Below, piece by piece: positions 42,648 through 53,410 of a DNA stretch of 64,000 nt. A program made the translations under genes and the position numbers. Origin of the DNA: an uncultured delta proteobacterium (GTDB lineage Bacteria > Desulfobacterota > Binatia > DP-6); NCBI GenBank assembly GCA_963815115.1, contig CAWFFN010000005.1:1737077-1801076 (forward strand). The letters are read 5' to 3'. The notes beneath the pieces were generated by a model. It worked only from the letters and a program-made list of their open reading frames with translations, was not told the origin of the DNA and did no database searches. Within the stretch, counting starts at the first letter, position 1. Every line of letters starts with the position of its first letter.

Positions 42648-42930
42648 CGCCCGCGAGCTCGACAACGTCATCGAGCACGCCAATGATCCTGGGCGACGGC
42701 CAATGGATCACGGTGGCCGACCTGCCACGCAGCCTGCGCGAGGGAGAGGTGGCGCTTCCGCCGGTGTGGGACGATCTGCGCGACGCGCTCATTGCCTACG
42801 AGAAGATTCACGTCGAGAACCCGCTGCGGCGCCTCGACAACGACAAGCGCCGGGCGGCCGACACTCTCGGCCTGTCGCTGTCATCGCTCTACCGGAAGAT
42901 GAATGAGCTCGGAATCCCGCTCAACCGAGG
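42648..42930 (+). pseudogene. C-terminal remnant of a sigma54-dependent (NtrC-like) activator with Fis HTH
   Basis: RELDNVIEHA / MILGDG..I...DLP ... KRRAADTLGLSLSSLYRKMNELGI; no GAFTGA, no start. Confidence 0.75.
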
Positions 42931-43214
42931 GTCGCCGCCGGGGTGGCGATTACGCCGGCGGATGAAGTATTCAGTGGTCAGCGTGTAGTGTTGGTTCCTT
43001 GCCCGTGTGCGGCATCACGCTCGCGTCGTGGCCCCTGCTTCGCGCGACGATCCTCATGCCACGACGACCGGGGAGGGGCCGCCTTCGGGACGGATCGCCC
43101 CCGGGCGCGCGCTGCGCCAGGCGTGGTCGGAAGGGCGACGGTGCTGCCCCCCATGCCTGGGAATCTGGGGAAGACAGGGGTCACCAAGCGCGAAAGCAGA
43201 GCGGAGGGTGCACG

Positions 43215-43808
43215 ATGATCAAGTGTCCAGTGTGCGGGTCCCACGTGCTCGGGGACGTCGCGGTCGAGCTGATGCTCGGCGGGCAGGCCCGGAGCTTCTG
43301 CTCGGCACGATGCGCCGACATGGCCCTGGCCGAGGGGGTGGCGCCCGCTGCGCCTCAGCCGCTCCCGCCCGTCCCGCGCAGGATCCTCGTCGCCGTGGAC
43401 GGCTCGGGCCCTTCGGTGCGCGCGACCGCGACCGCGGCCGCGTTCGCCGCCATGGCGCATGGCGAAGTGTTCGTGCTCTGCGCGGTCGATCCCGGCTGGA
43501 CGGACATGCTGCGCATGGTTCCGAGGATCGGCGAGCTCGACCTGTCCGCGGAGGCCGAGGGCGCGCTCAGGGACGATGCCGAGGCCCAGGTCGCCCACTG
43601 TCGCAGGATCTGCGAGCAGGCCGGTGTTCCGGCCACGACCCGCGTGGTGTTCCAGCCGCCCGTCGAGGCGATCGTCGAAGCCGCCAAGAACGCCGACTTG
43701 GTGGTGATGGGGAGTCGAGGCCGGGGCGCGCTGACTGGCCTGGTTCTCGGCAGCCTGTCGCACCGGGTCCTGGGAGGAACGCGGACACCGGTGTTGGTAG
43801 TACACTGA
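43215..43808 (+). CDS. Universal stress protein with N-terminal TRASH/YHS-like metal-binding domain
   Basis: CPVCG...FCSARC; RILVAVDGS; DLVVMGSRGRG..LGSLS. Confidence 0.85.
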   Translation: MIKCPVCGSHVLGDVAVELMLGGQARSFCSARCADMALAEGVAPAAPQPLPPVPRRILVAVDGSGPSVRATATAAAFAAMAHGEVFVLCAVDPGWTDMLRMVPRIGELDLSAEAEGALRDDAEAQVAHCRRICEQAGVPATTRVVFQPPVEAIVEAAKNADLVVMGSRGRGALTGLVLGSLSHRVLGGTRTPVLVVH

Positions 43809-43892
43809 ACGGCGGCCACCTGGTCGCCGATAGCGACATTCGCAATCCGCGCGACGGCGACAGGTCGCGATCGGGTGCTGAGATCATGACCG

Positions 43893-44075
43893 TCAGCCAG
43901 GGACGCGGCCGCGACGCTCGGACCATTCCTTCGCCTTCGCGATGGCGATCCGGATCGCGCGGCCTTCCTCATGGCCCTCTTCGAGGAGCGCGTTGGCGAT
44001 CTCGATCGCCTTGGATCGAACGACCTCGGGCAGGTGGTTCATGGAGCGCGGGTAGTAGGACGAGTTCCACGGCAT
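43893..44075 (-). CDS. YdaT-like small stress protein (60 aa)
   Basis: MPW...YP.SM..LP..VR.KAIEIANALL.EG.EEGRAI.IAI..AKEW. Confidence 0.8.
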   Translation of the reverse strand: MPWNSSYYPRSMNHLPEVVRSKAIEIANALLEEGHEEGRAIRIAIAKAKEWSERRGRVPG

Positions 44076-44167
44076 GCGTGACTGTGCCATTGCCTGCCCC
44101 GGCGCGCCACGCGATCTGCGACGGCGCGCAGCAGCAGCAGTAGTAGGGACCATTCGGGAGCGAGCCG

Positions 44168-47125
44168 ATGGCGGTTGGCAAGACCGGGACGCTCGAAGCT
44201 GGCGCATGCCCCGATCGCGCGCTGATCGAGCGCGAGCTCACCACGATCGTCACCAGTCTGCTGTCGGAGCTGGGCTCGGTGCCGGGTCGACAGATCGGTC
44301 CCCGCGATTCGCTCGACCGCGATCTCGGGCTCGGGAGCCTCGAGCGGGTCGAGCTGCTGCTCCGGATCGAGCACGCCTTCAGCGTCCGGCTGGCGGACGA
44401 TGTGATGGTGGCGGCGGACACCATCGCCGACCTCGCCACGGCGGTGCTCGCCGGCGCACCCAAGAGACCCGAGGCGTTCCCGGTCGTCGCGCCGATAGGC
44501 GGCGAGGGCGTCGCCGCCCCCCGCTCGGCGCGGAGCCTCGTCGAAGCGCTCGTGTGGCAGGCGGAGCGTAACCCTGATCGGACGCACCTCCTGCTGCGTG
44601 AAGACGCGGGCGACGAACGGACGATCACCTACCGCGAGCTGTGGTCGCGGGCGCAGGCCGTGGCGACGGGATTGCGGCAGCGGAACCTCGGGATTGGCGA
44701 GACGGTCTCGCTCATGCTGCGCACCGAGGAGGCCTTCTTCGCGAGCTTCTTCGGCATCCTGCTCGCAGGCGGGGTGCCGGTACCGATCTACCCGCCGTTT
44801 CGGCTCGACCGGCTCGAGGAATACGCGCACCGGCAGGTGGGCATCCTGCGCAACGCACAGGCCGCGCTGCTCATCACGTTCGACGAGGCCACCCGTATCG
44901 CTGGCTTGCTGCGCTCGCGCGTGCCGTCGCTGCGCGAGGTCGTGACCGTGGGTCGGCTCGCGGTGTCCGGGGGGCGCCCAGGCATGCACGCCCGCCAGCC
45001 AGGACCCCGCCTTGATCCAGTACACCTCGGGCAGCACCGGGGAGCCGAAGGGCGTGCTCCTCTCGCACGCCAACCTGCTCGCCAACATTCGCGCGATCGG
45101 CGAGGCGCTGGATATCCGACCGGACGATGTCGGGGTGAGCTGGCTTCCGCTCTACCACGACATGGGGCTGATCGGGACATGGCTCACGGCATTGTACTTC
45201 GGGCTGCCGATCGCGGTGATGTCGCCGCTCGCCTTCCTGTCGCGGCCGTCGCGCTGGCTGTGGAGCGTGCACGCGCACCGCGGCACCGTCTCGCCTGCGC
45301 CGAACTTCGCCTACGAGCTCTGCGCCGTGCGCGTTCCGGACGAGGACATCGTCGGTCTCGACCTGAGCTCGTGGCGGCTGGCGCTGAACGGGTCCGAGGC
45401 GGTGAGCCCCGACACCATCGATCGGTTCACGCGCCGCTTCGCTGCGTATGGCTTCCGCGCCGAGGCGATGTGCCCGGTGTACGGCCTGGCCGAATCGTCG
45501 GTCGCACTCACGGTGCCGCCTCTCGGTCGCCCGCCGCGCATCGACTGCCTTTCCCGGAACCCATTCCAGGCCTCGCGGCGGGTGGTGGCCGCGGCGGCGG
45601 GAGAGGCGACGCCGCTTCGCTTCGTCTCGTGTGGACGCGCGATTCCGGGTCACGATGTGCGGATCGTCGATCGGACCGGGCACGCGCTCGCCGAGCGCGT
45701 CGACGGACGCATCGAGTTCCGCGGGCCCTCCGTGACGACAGGGTACTATCGGCAGCCGGAGGCCACGCGCGCCGTCGTCCACGACGGCTGGATGGACTCC
45801 GGCGATCTCGGCTACCTGGCGGACGGCGAGCTCTTCATCACCGGGCGCCAAAAGGACCTGATCATCAAAGGGGGGCGCAACCTCTACCCCGAGGAGGTCG
45901 AGGAGACGGCGGGCGGCGTTCCCGGCATCCGCAAAGGGTGCGTCGCCGCGTTCAGCGTTTCCGATCCTGCGCTCGGCACCGAACGCCTGATCGTGGTCGC
46001 CGAGTCGCGCGCCACCGACGCCGAGGCGCGCCAGCGACTGCGCATGGCCGTGATCGACCGGATCGTCGCGGGGCTCGGCATCCCGCCGGACACGGTGGTC
46101 ATCGCGCCGCCGCGCTCGGTGCGAAAGACGTCGAGCGGCAAGATCCGCCGCGGGGCCACGCGCGACGCCTACCTCGAGGGGCGTCTCGAAGCCGGCCGCC
46201 TGTCGCTCGCCGGCCAGTGGGTACGGTTGATCGCCCGCGATCTCGCGGCGCGCGCTCAGGGCTGGGCGCGTCGCGCAGGCGAGCTCGTGTTCGCCGCCTG
46301 GGTCGGCCTGGTGTTGCTGTTCACGTTGCCCGTCCTCTGGCTCGCCGTGCAGCTGGCGTCCCCCGGACCCGCAGCCGACCGCGTCGTGAAGCAGTGGTGC
46401 CGTCTCGTCCTGCGCGCCAGCCTCTGCCCGCTGCGCGTGCGGGGGATGGAGCAGCTGAAGGGCATCGGCGCCGCGGTGCTGTGCGCGAATCACTCGAGCT
46501 ATCTCGATTCGGTCGCGCTGCTGGCGACACTGCCGGCCGGGGTGCGTTTCGTCGCCATGCGCGAGCTGCTCGCGACACCGCTCATCCGAACGATCATCCG
46601 AAAGGTCGGGCATCTGACGGTCGAACGCGCCGACGTGTCGCGCAGCCTCGAAGACGCGCGTAGCCGTGGTCGATGCGCTGGGCTCGGGAGCAACCTTGCT
46701 GGTCTTCCCGGAAGGCGGGTTCGCGAACGCCCCCGGCCTCCGTCCCTTCCGGCTCGGCGCGTTCAAGGCAGCGGTCGAGAGCGGCAAAGCCGATCGTCCC
46801 CGTGGCGATCGTCGGGACGCGTGCGATTCTCGGTGGCGGACGCACGCTTCCGCGGCGGGGCCGGATCGAGGTGACCATCGCGCCGCCCATCACCCCGCGC
46901 GGCGCGGGCTGGCCCGAGATGGTGCGGCTGCGCGACGTGACGCGGTCGCAGATCGCGGAGATCACGGGAGAATGGCCCGTCACGAGCCATCCGGGCGGTC
47001 GCATGACGCCGCGGTGCCGTCCCGAGCGCCTTTCTCACGCACGCCCGGCTTCGTCGCCCTTCGCTCGCGCTGTGCGGTCGGCCGCTCGGCCGAGCAGCGC
47101 GATGACCTCGCCATCGGAGACCTGA
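44168..47125 (+). CDS. ACP - fatty acyl-AMP ligase - PlsC-type acyltransferase fusion; three apparent +1 frameshifts; 3' end uncertain
   Basis: ACP DLGLGSLER; IQYTSGSTGEPKG, WLPLYHDMGLIG, YGLAE, KTSSGK; NHSSYLD and FPEG. Confidence 0.85.
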
Positions 47126-47715
47126 CGGAAGTCGCGGTAGAACTGGCCGACCGCCCCGAAGTCCGCGGGCGTGGTGATGCACACGAGGTCATCCACTTCC
47201 GTCCGGAGAACCTCGATCGTCTCCGGCGGCGCCACGCCGATGGCGAGCACGATGCGGCGGGGGTTGGCGCGTCGCACACCGCGGAGCGCCGCACGCACCG
47301 TGCCGCCCGTCGCCACGCCGTCGTCGACCACGATGACCGTCCGATCGGCGAGATCCACGCGCGGCCGGCCGCCGCGGAGCAGCGCCTGGCGCCGGTGGAT
47401 CTCGTCGAGCTGCCGGGCGACCTCCCGCTCGATGTACTGCCGCGACACGTGGAGCTGGTGCAGCACGTCCTCGTTCAACACCCGCTGCGGGTGGTCACCG
47501 TCGACGATGGCGCCGATCCCGAGCTCCGGCTGGTCTGGTGCGCCGAGCTTGCGAACCACGATGACGTCGAGCGGTGCATCGAGGGCACGCGCTATCTCGT
47601 AGGCGACGGGTACCCCACCGCGCGGCAGCCCGAGGACGACGGGGCGCTCGTCCTTGTAGCGCAGCAGGCGCGTCGCGAGCTGGCGGCCGGCGTCGGCGCG
47701 ATCCTCGAACAACAT
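47035..47715 (-). CDS. Phosphoribosyltransferase (Rv2143/Rv0571c-like)
   Basis: FEDRADAGRQLA, LGLPRGGVPV, VIVVDDGVATG, AVGQFYRDF. Confidence 0.9.
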   Translation of the reverse strand: MLFEDRADAGRQLATRLLRYKDERPVVLGLPRGGVPVAYEIARALDAPLDVIVVRKLGAPDQPELGIGAIVDGDHPQRVLNEDVLHQLHVSRQYIEREVARQLDEIHRRQALLRGGRPRVDLADRTVIVVDDGVATGGTVRAALRGVRRANPRRIVLAIGVAPPETIEVLRTEVDDLVCITTPADFGAVGQFYRDFRQVSDGEVIALLGRAADRTARAKGDEAGRA

Positions 47716-47726
47716 GGCGCCTCCTC

Positions 47727-47900
47727 TCATGGCTCGACAGCGAGATGCTCGGCGAACCAATCGACGGCGAGCCGCGCCGCCGCGTCGAGCGTGCCGGGCT
47801 CCTCGAAGAGATGGGTCGCGCCCGGCACGATCGAGAGCTGTTTCCTGCCGCCGAGCCGCGCATAGGCGTCGCGGTTCATCCGCAGCACGTCGCTCCCCGG
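47727..47900 (-). pseudogene. C-terminal remnant of a dienelactone-hydrolase-like protein
   Basis: VLRMNRDAYARL...IVPGATHLFEEPGTLDAAARLAVDWF*; no N-terminus. Confidence 0.7.
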
Positions 47901-47984
47901 GGGTCGCCGGGCGGGTGAGTCGAGCCCTGCGTGTCATCGCTCCGCCGGAGCACCCCGGGCTCCGTGACTCGATGCAGCGGAAGT

Positions 47985-48395
47985 TCAGTGCGAGGGCCGT
48001 GGCGCAGCCTGCAGGGAGCGCAGATAGCCCGCGATGGCGATGACCTTGCTGCGCGCCACAGCTGCTGCTCAGGTGAGGCTGGGTCCGGTTGGAACACCTC
48101 GCCCCACACTGGCATCTCGGAGACGCCGTGCGCGCGCACCGTGCGGGTCCCGTCGATCGCCTCGACGACCGTTTGCAAGGGAAACTGGTCCCCGTGCGCG
48201 GCTGCGATCTGCGTGAGGTCCGTGGGTTTCTCTCCCAGCGCCGGAGCGACCGGACCGTCACCGCGCCCTTCGCGACCGTGGCAGGCGGCGCAGTAGCGCA
48301 GATAGAGCGGCCGTCCGGCCTCATCTCCCGCTTGCACGCGTCCGGGCGATGAGAAGCAGCAGGAGGAGCAGAGTCCGTCGTAGCGTTCGCATCAT
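47985..48395 (-). CDS. Monoheme cytochrome c (frameshifted)
   Basis: Signal peptide; YCAACHG..G.GDGP, P.DLT, HG...MPVWG. Confidence 0.8.
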
Positions 48396-48455
48396 CGCGG
48401 CATTTGCCTTTCGTCGTGGAAAGCCGGTCCGTATCGCGCGGGCAGGCAGGCCGAC

Positions 48456-49030
48456 TCAGGCGCGCGAGTCACGCGCGGTGGGACGGGCCCGGGCGCGCAG
48501 CAGCGCGGCCTGCTGCCGAACCTCCGGCTGGGTGCTGAAGCGCTCGGCCGCATCGGCGAGGCGGAGCGCATGGTGCTCCGCGATGGGTCGCGGCGGGCGG
48601 CGATGGCTCACGGCCACGAGCATCTGGCGTAGTGGCTCGATCTCGGTCATCTCGAGCTCGAGGGCGGCTAACAGCTGCTGGTCGGTGCCGGCACCTCCCG
48701 CGAGCCGCTCTGCCTCGGACAGCTTTGCCTCGACCTCGCGCACGACCTTGTCCCACCTCGCCGAGAGCTCGCGTCGTCCAGGCCTCGATGGGTCGGCAGA
48801 TGGCGGCGCGTGTCGTTGAGGATGCGGGCGTGGTCGTCCTCCTCCCGTGCCATGGCGGTCCAGAGCGCACACAGGTCCGGCTGGTCGCGCGCGGCTGCGG
48901 CGAAGCTGCGATAGAGCGCCGCTGAACGGGTCTCGAAACCGCAGCAGCGGTCCAACATGTCGTCCAGGTTCACACCGGCTTGTAGCAGCAAGAGCGATGC
49001 CAGCCGCGTGGTGAAGCAACCGTCCAACAA
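48456..49030 (-). CDS. Ferritin/rubrerythrin-like protein (frameshifted; start uncertain)
   Basis: E..SAALY..FA, W..MAREEDDHA; second half LELEMTE...EHH. Confidence 0.55.
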
Positions 49031-49167
49031 GCGCCGTGCCGGCCCGAGGGCCTGGCGGACGCTCTTTCATCACGTCCAGATGTTCGGCCGTTCTCATCGG
49101 TAGGATACCGCCGCCGGATCGCGAGCCAAACCTGCGAATACCCACCCGAGCGGTGAAGACCCACCAG

Positions 49168-49183
49168 TGGCACGGCTACTGCT
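49168..49183 (+). promoter_or_regulatory. Sigma54 promoter of the cytochrome operon
   Basis: TGGCAC-GGCTA-CTGCT, GG-N10-GC, about 40 nt before the GGGAGG-preceded ATG at 49225. Confidence 0.6.
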
Positions 49184-49224
49184 GTTGAGCCAGTCCGGCG
49201 CCGGCCGGCGGAAGGGAGGGTGCA

Positions 49225-50600
49225 ATGGCCCGATTCCAAGTCGTCGCCGTCGTTGTACCGCCGCGTTGCTCGTCGTGCTCGGCGCGCCGGAGGCGCAGGC
49301 GGTCCCCAGCTTCGGGCGTCAGACGGGCCTGCCGTGCGAGGGGTGCCACTCGGGGGGATTCTTTCCCGAGCTGAACAATTTCGGGCGCATGTTCAAGATG
49401 AACGGCTACATCTGGAGCGCACACGAGGAGCAGTCGTACGAGCCGATGCCGCCCGTGTCCGCCGCGCAGAGCTGGTCGTACACGCACACCCAGAAGAGTC
49501 AGCCGGGCGTCTCCAACCTGCCGACCGTCCACTTCGCCTCGAGCGGCAACGACAACTTCTCCTATCCGCAGCAGGCCAACTTCTTCCTCGCCGGCCGCTA
49601 CTACGGGCGGCTGGGTGGTTTCCTCATGGGGACCTACAGCGGCGTCGACAACAAGTGGGTCATGGACAACGCGGACATCCGGCTCACCGACGTCCGCAGC
49701 TTCGGTGAGAAGCACACGCTCCTGTACGGGGCCACGTTCAACAACGGCCCGACCGTGCAGGACGCCTGGAACACGCTGCCCGCGTGGAGCCAGCTGATCG
49801 GGTCCGAGGTGGCCCCCGGGCCCGCCGCGTCTCCCAGCATCAGCAACCTGATCTCGCAGGTGGCAGGCGTCGGCGCCTATGCCTTCTGGGACAACTTCCT
49901 CTACGCCGAGGTCACCCCGTACCTCTCCGGGAGGTCCGGCGCGTTCAGCTTCCTCACCGCGGGCAACCCGAAGGAGGTCATCACCAACGGCGTCTCGCCC
50001 TACTGGCGTATCGTGCTCTACAAGAACAAGGGGAGTCACTCGTTCTCGCTGGGTCACGTCGGCCTCTACGACAAAGTGTATCAAGCCGGCTCCCACGGCC
50101 CGACCAACAGCTTCCTCGATCTCGGCGCCGACATCCAGTACCAGTGGAACGCCAAGCCGAACTTCGTGACCTTCCGGACGGCGTTCATCTGGGAAAACCA
50201 GGGCGCTGTCTGCCGCCCAGGCGGCGGGCGCCGCCACGCGGGGCTCGGCCGACCTCCACACCGTGCAGATGTGGATGTCGTACTACTACTACAACCTCGC
50301 CGGCGTCACGTTCAGCCTCTTCGATATCGCGGGCTCGCGCGACTCCCGCCTCTACGCTCCCGACCCGTAGGCGGCAGTCGAACCGGGAGCCCGAACACCC
50401 TGGGCGGGTTCGTGCAGCTGAACGTGCTGCCGTTCTCGCAGTGGTTCGATCTCAAGTGGCCCGCTCTCCCGATGACGCAGCTCGCGTTGCAGTACGCGTT
50501 CTACTTCAAGTTCAACGGCGCGCAATCGAACTACGACGGCTTCGGTCGCAATGCGTGGGACAACAACACGCTCTACCTGCTCGCCTGGACACCGTGGTGA
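49225..50600 (+). CDS. cyc2: Cyc2-like monoheme cytochrome c / beta-barrel porin fusion (indels near 49255 and 50205-50365)
   Basis: Signal peptide ending AQA, AVPSFGRQTGLPCEGCH, PELNNFGRMFKMNGY; alternating aromatic beta-strands; C-terminal aromatic residue. Confidence 0.8.
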
Positions 50601-50616
50601 CGGAAGGAGACGAAGG

Positions 50617-50966
50617 ATGCGATCGATTGGATGTGCGGTCCTGCTGCTGGTGGCGACCGGATTGCCCGTGAGCGCGGCGGATATCGCCGCCGCCAAGAAG
50701 GATTTCGTCCGCTTCTGCGCCAAGTGCCACGGCACCGACGGCAAAGGCGACGGGCCGCAGGCCGACGCGCTCGCGACCAAGCCGCGCGACTTCACCGATT
50801 GTGCGCGCATGAAGGCCATCTCGGACGACACGCTCTTCAAGGCCATCAAGGAGGGCGGGGAGGCGGCCCACCTGAGCAAGGACATGCAGCCGTGGAAGGA
50901 CGGCATCGACGACGACGAAATCCACGGCCTCGTCGCGTACGTGCGCAGCCTTCTGCAGCAAGTTAG
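50617..50966 (+). CDS. Periplasmic monoheme cytochrome c
   Basis: Signal peptide; FCAKCHG.DGKGDGP, PRDFT, distal MQPW; end blurred by an indel. Confidence 0.85.
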
Positions 50967-50989
50967 CGTCCGTGGTGGACTGAACGACG

Positions 50990-52945
50990 ATGTCGCGGCC
51001 GCTCCGAGCCGAGGCACGGGACCTGTGGTGGTTCCGCGCCAATGTCCCCTGCCTCGAGGCCTGTCCGGTCAAGACCGACGCCGGCCGGTACGTGCAACTG
51101 ATCGCCGAGGGGCGGCTTCGCCGAGGCGTACCGCGTGGCGCGTGCTCCGAATCCGATCGCGTCGATCTGCGGGCGCACCTGCGGGGCGCCCTGCGAGGAC
51201 GCGTGCCGGCGCGGCAAGATCGATGACGCCCGTCGCCATCCGCCCGCTCAAGCGTTTCGCCACCGAGAACTACGGGCCCGAATCGCTCTCCGCGACGGCA
51301 CTTGCCGAGCTGGTGCGCGGAAGCATGGGCGGCGGTAGCACGACGCCGGGGCATGCCGAGGCGATGCTCCGCCGTCGAGTGCCCGGCGCCGCGGGCCGTC
51401 GCGTTGCGGTGGTGGGCGCGGGCCCCGCCGGCCTCGCCTGCGCGCACGACCTGGCGCTCCTGGGCTATCGCCGTGACCGTGTTCGAGGCGATGCCGCACC
51501 CGGGCGGCATGATGCGCTACGGAATCCCGAGCTACCGCCTGCCGCGTGAGGTGATCGACCATCAGGTCGCGGAAATCGAGGGCGCTGGGCGTGCGAGATC
51601 CGCTACGGCACGCCCGCTGACGCCGGACGTTCGGCGTGCGCGGAGTTGCGCGCCCAGGGCTTCGAGGCGGTCTTCCTCGGCATCGGTGCCGGCCGGGCGC
51701 GCGTGGCTTCGCATCGAAGGTGGCGAGCTCGACGGCGTGATCGAAGGCGATCGACTACCTGCTCAACATCAATCGCGGCTACCGCGTTCCGGTCGGCAAG
51801 CGCGTCGTCGTGGTCGGCGGTGGTCTGGTCGCGATCGACGCCGCGCGCATCGCCGATGCGCGCGATCGTTCCCGGCCTCGCGATGGCGCCCGAAGAAGAG
51901 AGCGCGGTCGAGGCCACCACGCTGCGCGTCGCGCTCGACGCCGCGCGCGAGGTGGTCCGGGCGGCGCCGCCGAGGTCGACGGTGGTCAGCCTCGAGTCGG
52001 CGGCGCGAGATGCCCGCGGCGAACTCGGTGCAGGGCCGCGAGGAGCTGGAGGTCGCCGCGGGCGAGGGCATCAGCTTCCTGCCGTCGTGGGGCCCGCAGC
52101 GCATCCTCGGGGTGGGTCGGAAGGTGGGCGGCATCGAGCTCGTCCGATGTGTGCGCGCGTTCGACGATGCCGGCCGCTTCAATCCCGTCTTCGACGAGGC
52201 GACGACGCGGCGTGCTCGAGGCCGACGCCGTCATCCTCGCGATCGGCCAGGGCGCCGGACGTCTCGTTCCTCCGTCCCGAGGACGGCGTCGAGACCACGC
52301 CGGCCGGCACCATCAAGGTGGATCCCGAGACGCTCGCAACCACCGCCCCCGGCGTCTTCGCCGGCGGCGATGGCGCCTTCCCGCCGTGCGCTGCTGATCA
52401 CCGCCGCCGCAGCAGGGCAAGACTCGCCGCGCGCTCCATCGACGCCTACCTGCGCGGCGATGCTCCGAAGCCGTCGCGACCCTGCGTGTCACGGTCGAGC
52501 AGCTGCCGACGGACACGCTATCGCGATGACGCCGGGCTGCGAGACGATCGCGCGCCAGATCCCGATCGTGCCGCTCGAGCGCCGCAGCGGCATCACCGAG
52601 GTGGAGCTCGCCGTTCACCGCCGCGCAGGCGCACGCAGCAGGCGAGCCGCTGCCTCTACTGCCACACGCATCCGATCTACGACGGCGAGCTGTGCGTGCT
52701 GTGTGGACGCTGCGTCGACATCTGTCCCGAGCACTGCATTCGCTTCGCACCGCTGGACGCGCTCGACGTCGATCCCGCGCAGCGACGGATGCTCGAGGCG
52801 CACGGCGGCGAGGAGCCGTCACGAGTGTTTCCTCTACGACGGCGACAAGTGCATCCGCTGCGGCCTGTGCGCCGTGCGCTGCCCGACCGCGGCCATCACG
52901 ATGGAGCGCTTCCACGTTCGAGGAGACCGCGAGCCGATGCGATGA
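50990..52945 (+). CDS. GltD/NfnB-like FAD-NAD(P) oxidoreductase with C-terminal 4Fe-4S ferredoxin motifs (many indels)
   Basis: PCLEACP, ICGRTCGAPCEDACRR, VGAGPAGL, GGMMRYGIPSYRLP, VVVVGGG, ASRCLYC, CVLCGRCVDICP, CIRCGLCAVRCP. Confidence 0.85.
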
Positions 52946-53410
52946 GGGCCGTCGCGGGCTTCCTGCGATTCCTGGGCAAGGGATCGGTCGTCGCTCGCCT
53001 TCCTGATCCAGATCGCCGCGGCGGCCCGCGCCTTCGTGCCGAACGTCCTGTACGAGCCCTCGCGCCGGTTCAAGCTTCGCAAGCCGAAGGATTACCCGCC
53101 AGGGGGTGACCTTCGACGCCGATCATCGCCTGTTCGTGATCCGCGACGAGGACGACTTCCACGTCATCTCGAGCGTCTGCACCCACCTCGGGTGCACGGT
53201 GCAGTGGCGGCGGACGAGCGCCGGATTCGACTGCCCCTGCCATGGCAGCCGGTTCCGGGAGGATGGCACGGTGATCGCCGGACCCGCGCCCCGTCCCCTC
53301 GAGTGGTACGCCGTAGCGCTCTCGCCCGACGGCTACCTGGAGGTCGATACCGACGAGCAGGTGGCCCGGGGCTTCCGCCTCAGCGCCACCACCCGCACGC
53401 GGATGACCGA
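52942..53410 (+). CDS. Rieske 2Fe-2S subunit of a Rieske/cytochrome b complex (indels)
   Basis: CTHLGC, FDCPCHGS, GPAPRPL; RRxFL Tat-like start if one indel is corrected. Confidence 0.88.

Noticed and set aside
42560-42720. Intact tRNA gene
   Set aside because: Only the 3' about 25 nt fit; adjoining sequence forms no anticodon or D arm and encodes an NtrC remnant on the other strand.
50990-52945. Glutamate synthase small subunit gltD
   Set aside because: No gltB; extra ferredoxin domain; embedded in a Rieske/cyt b operon.
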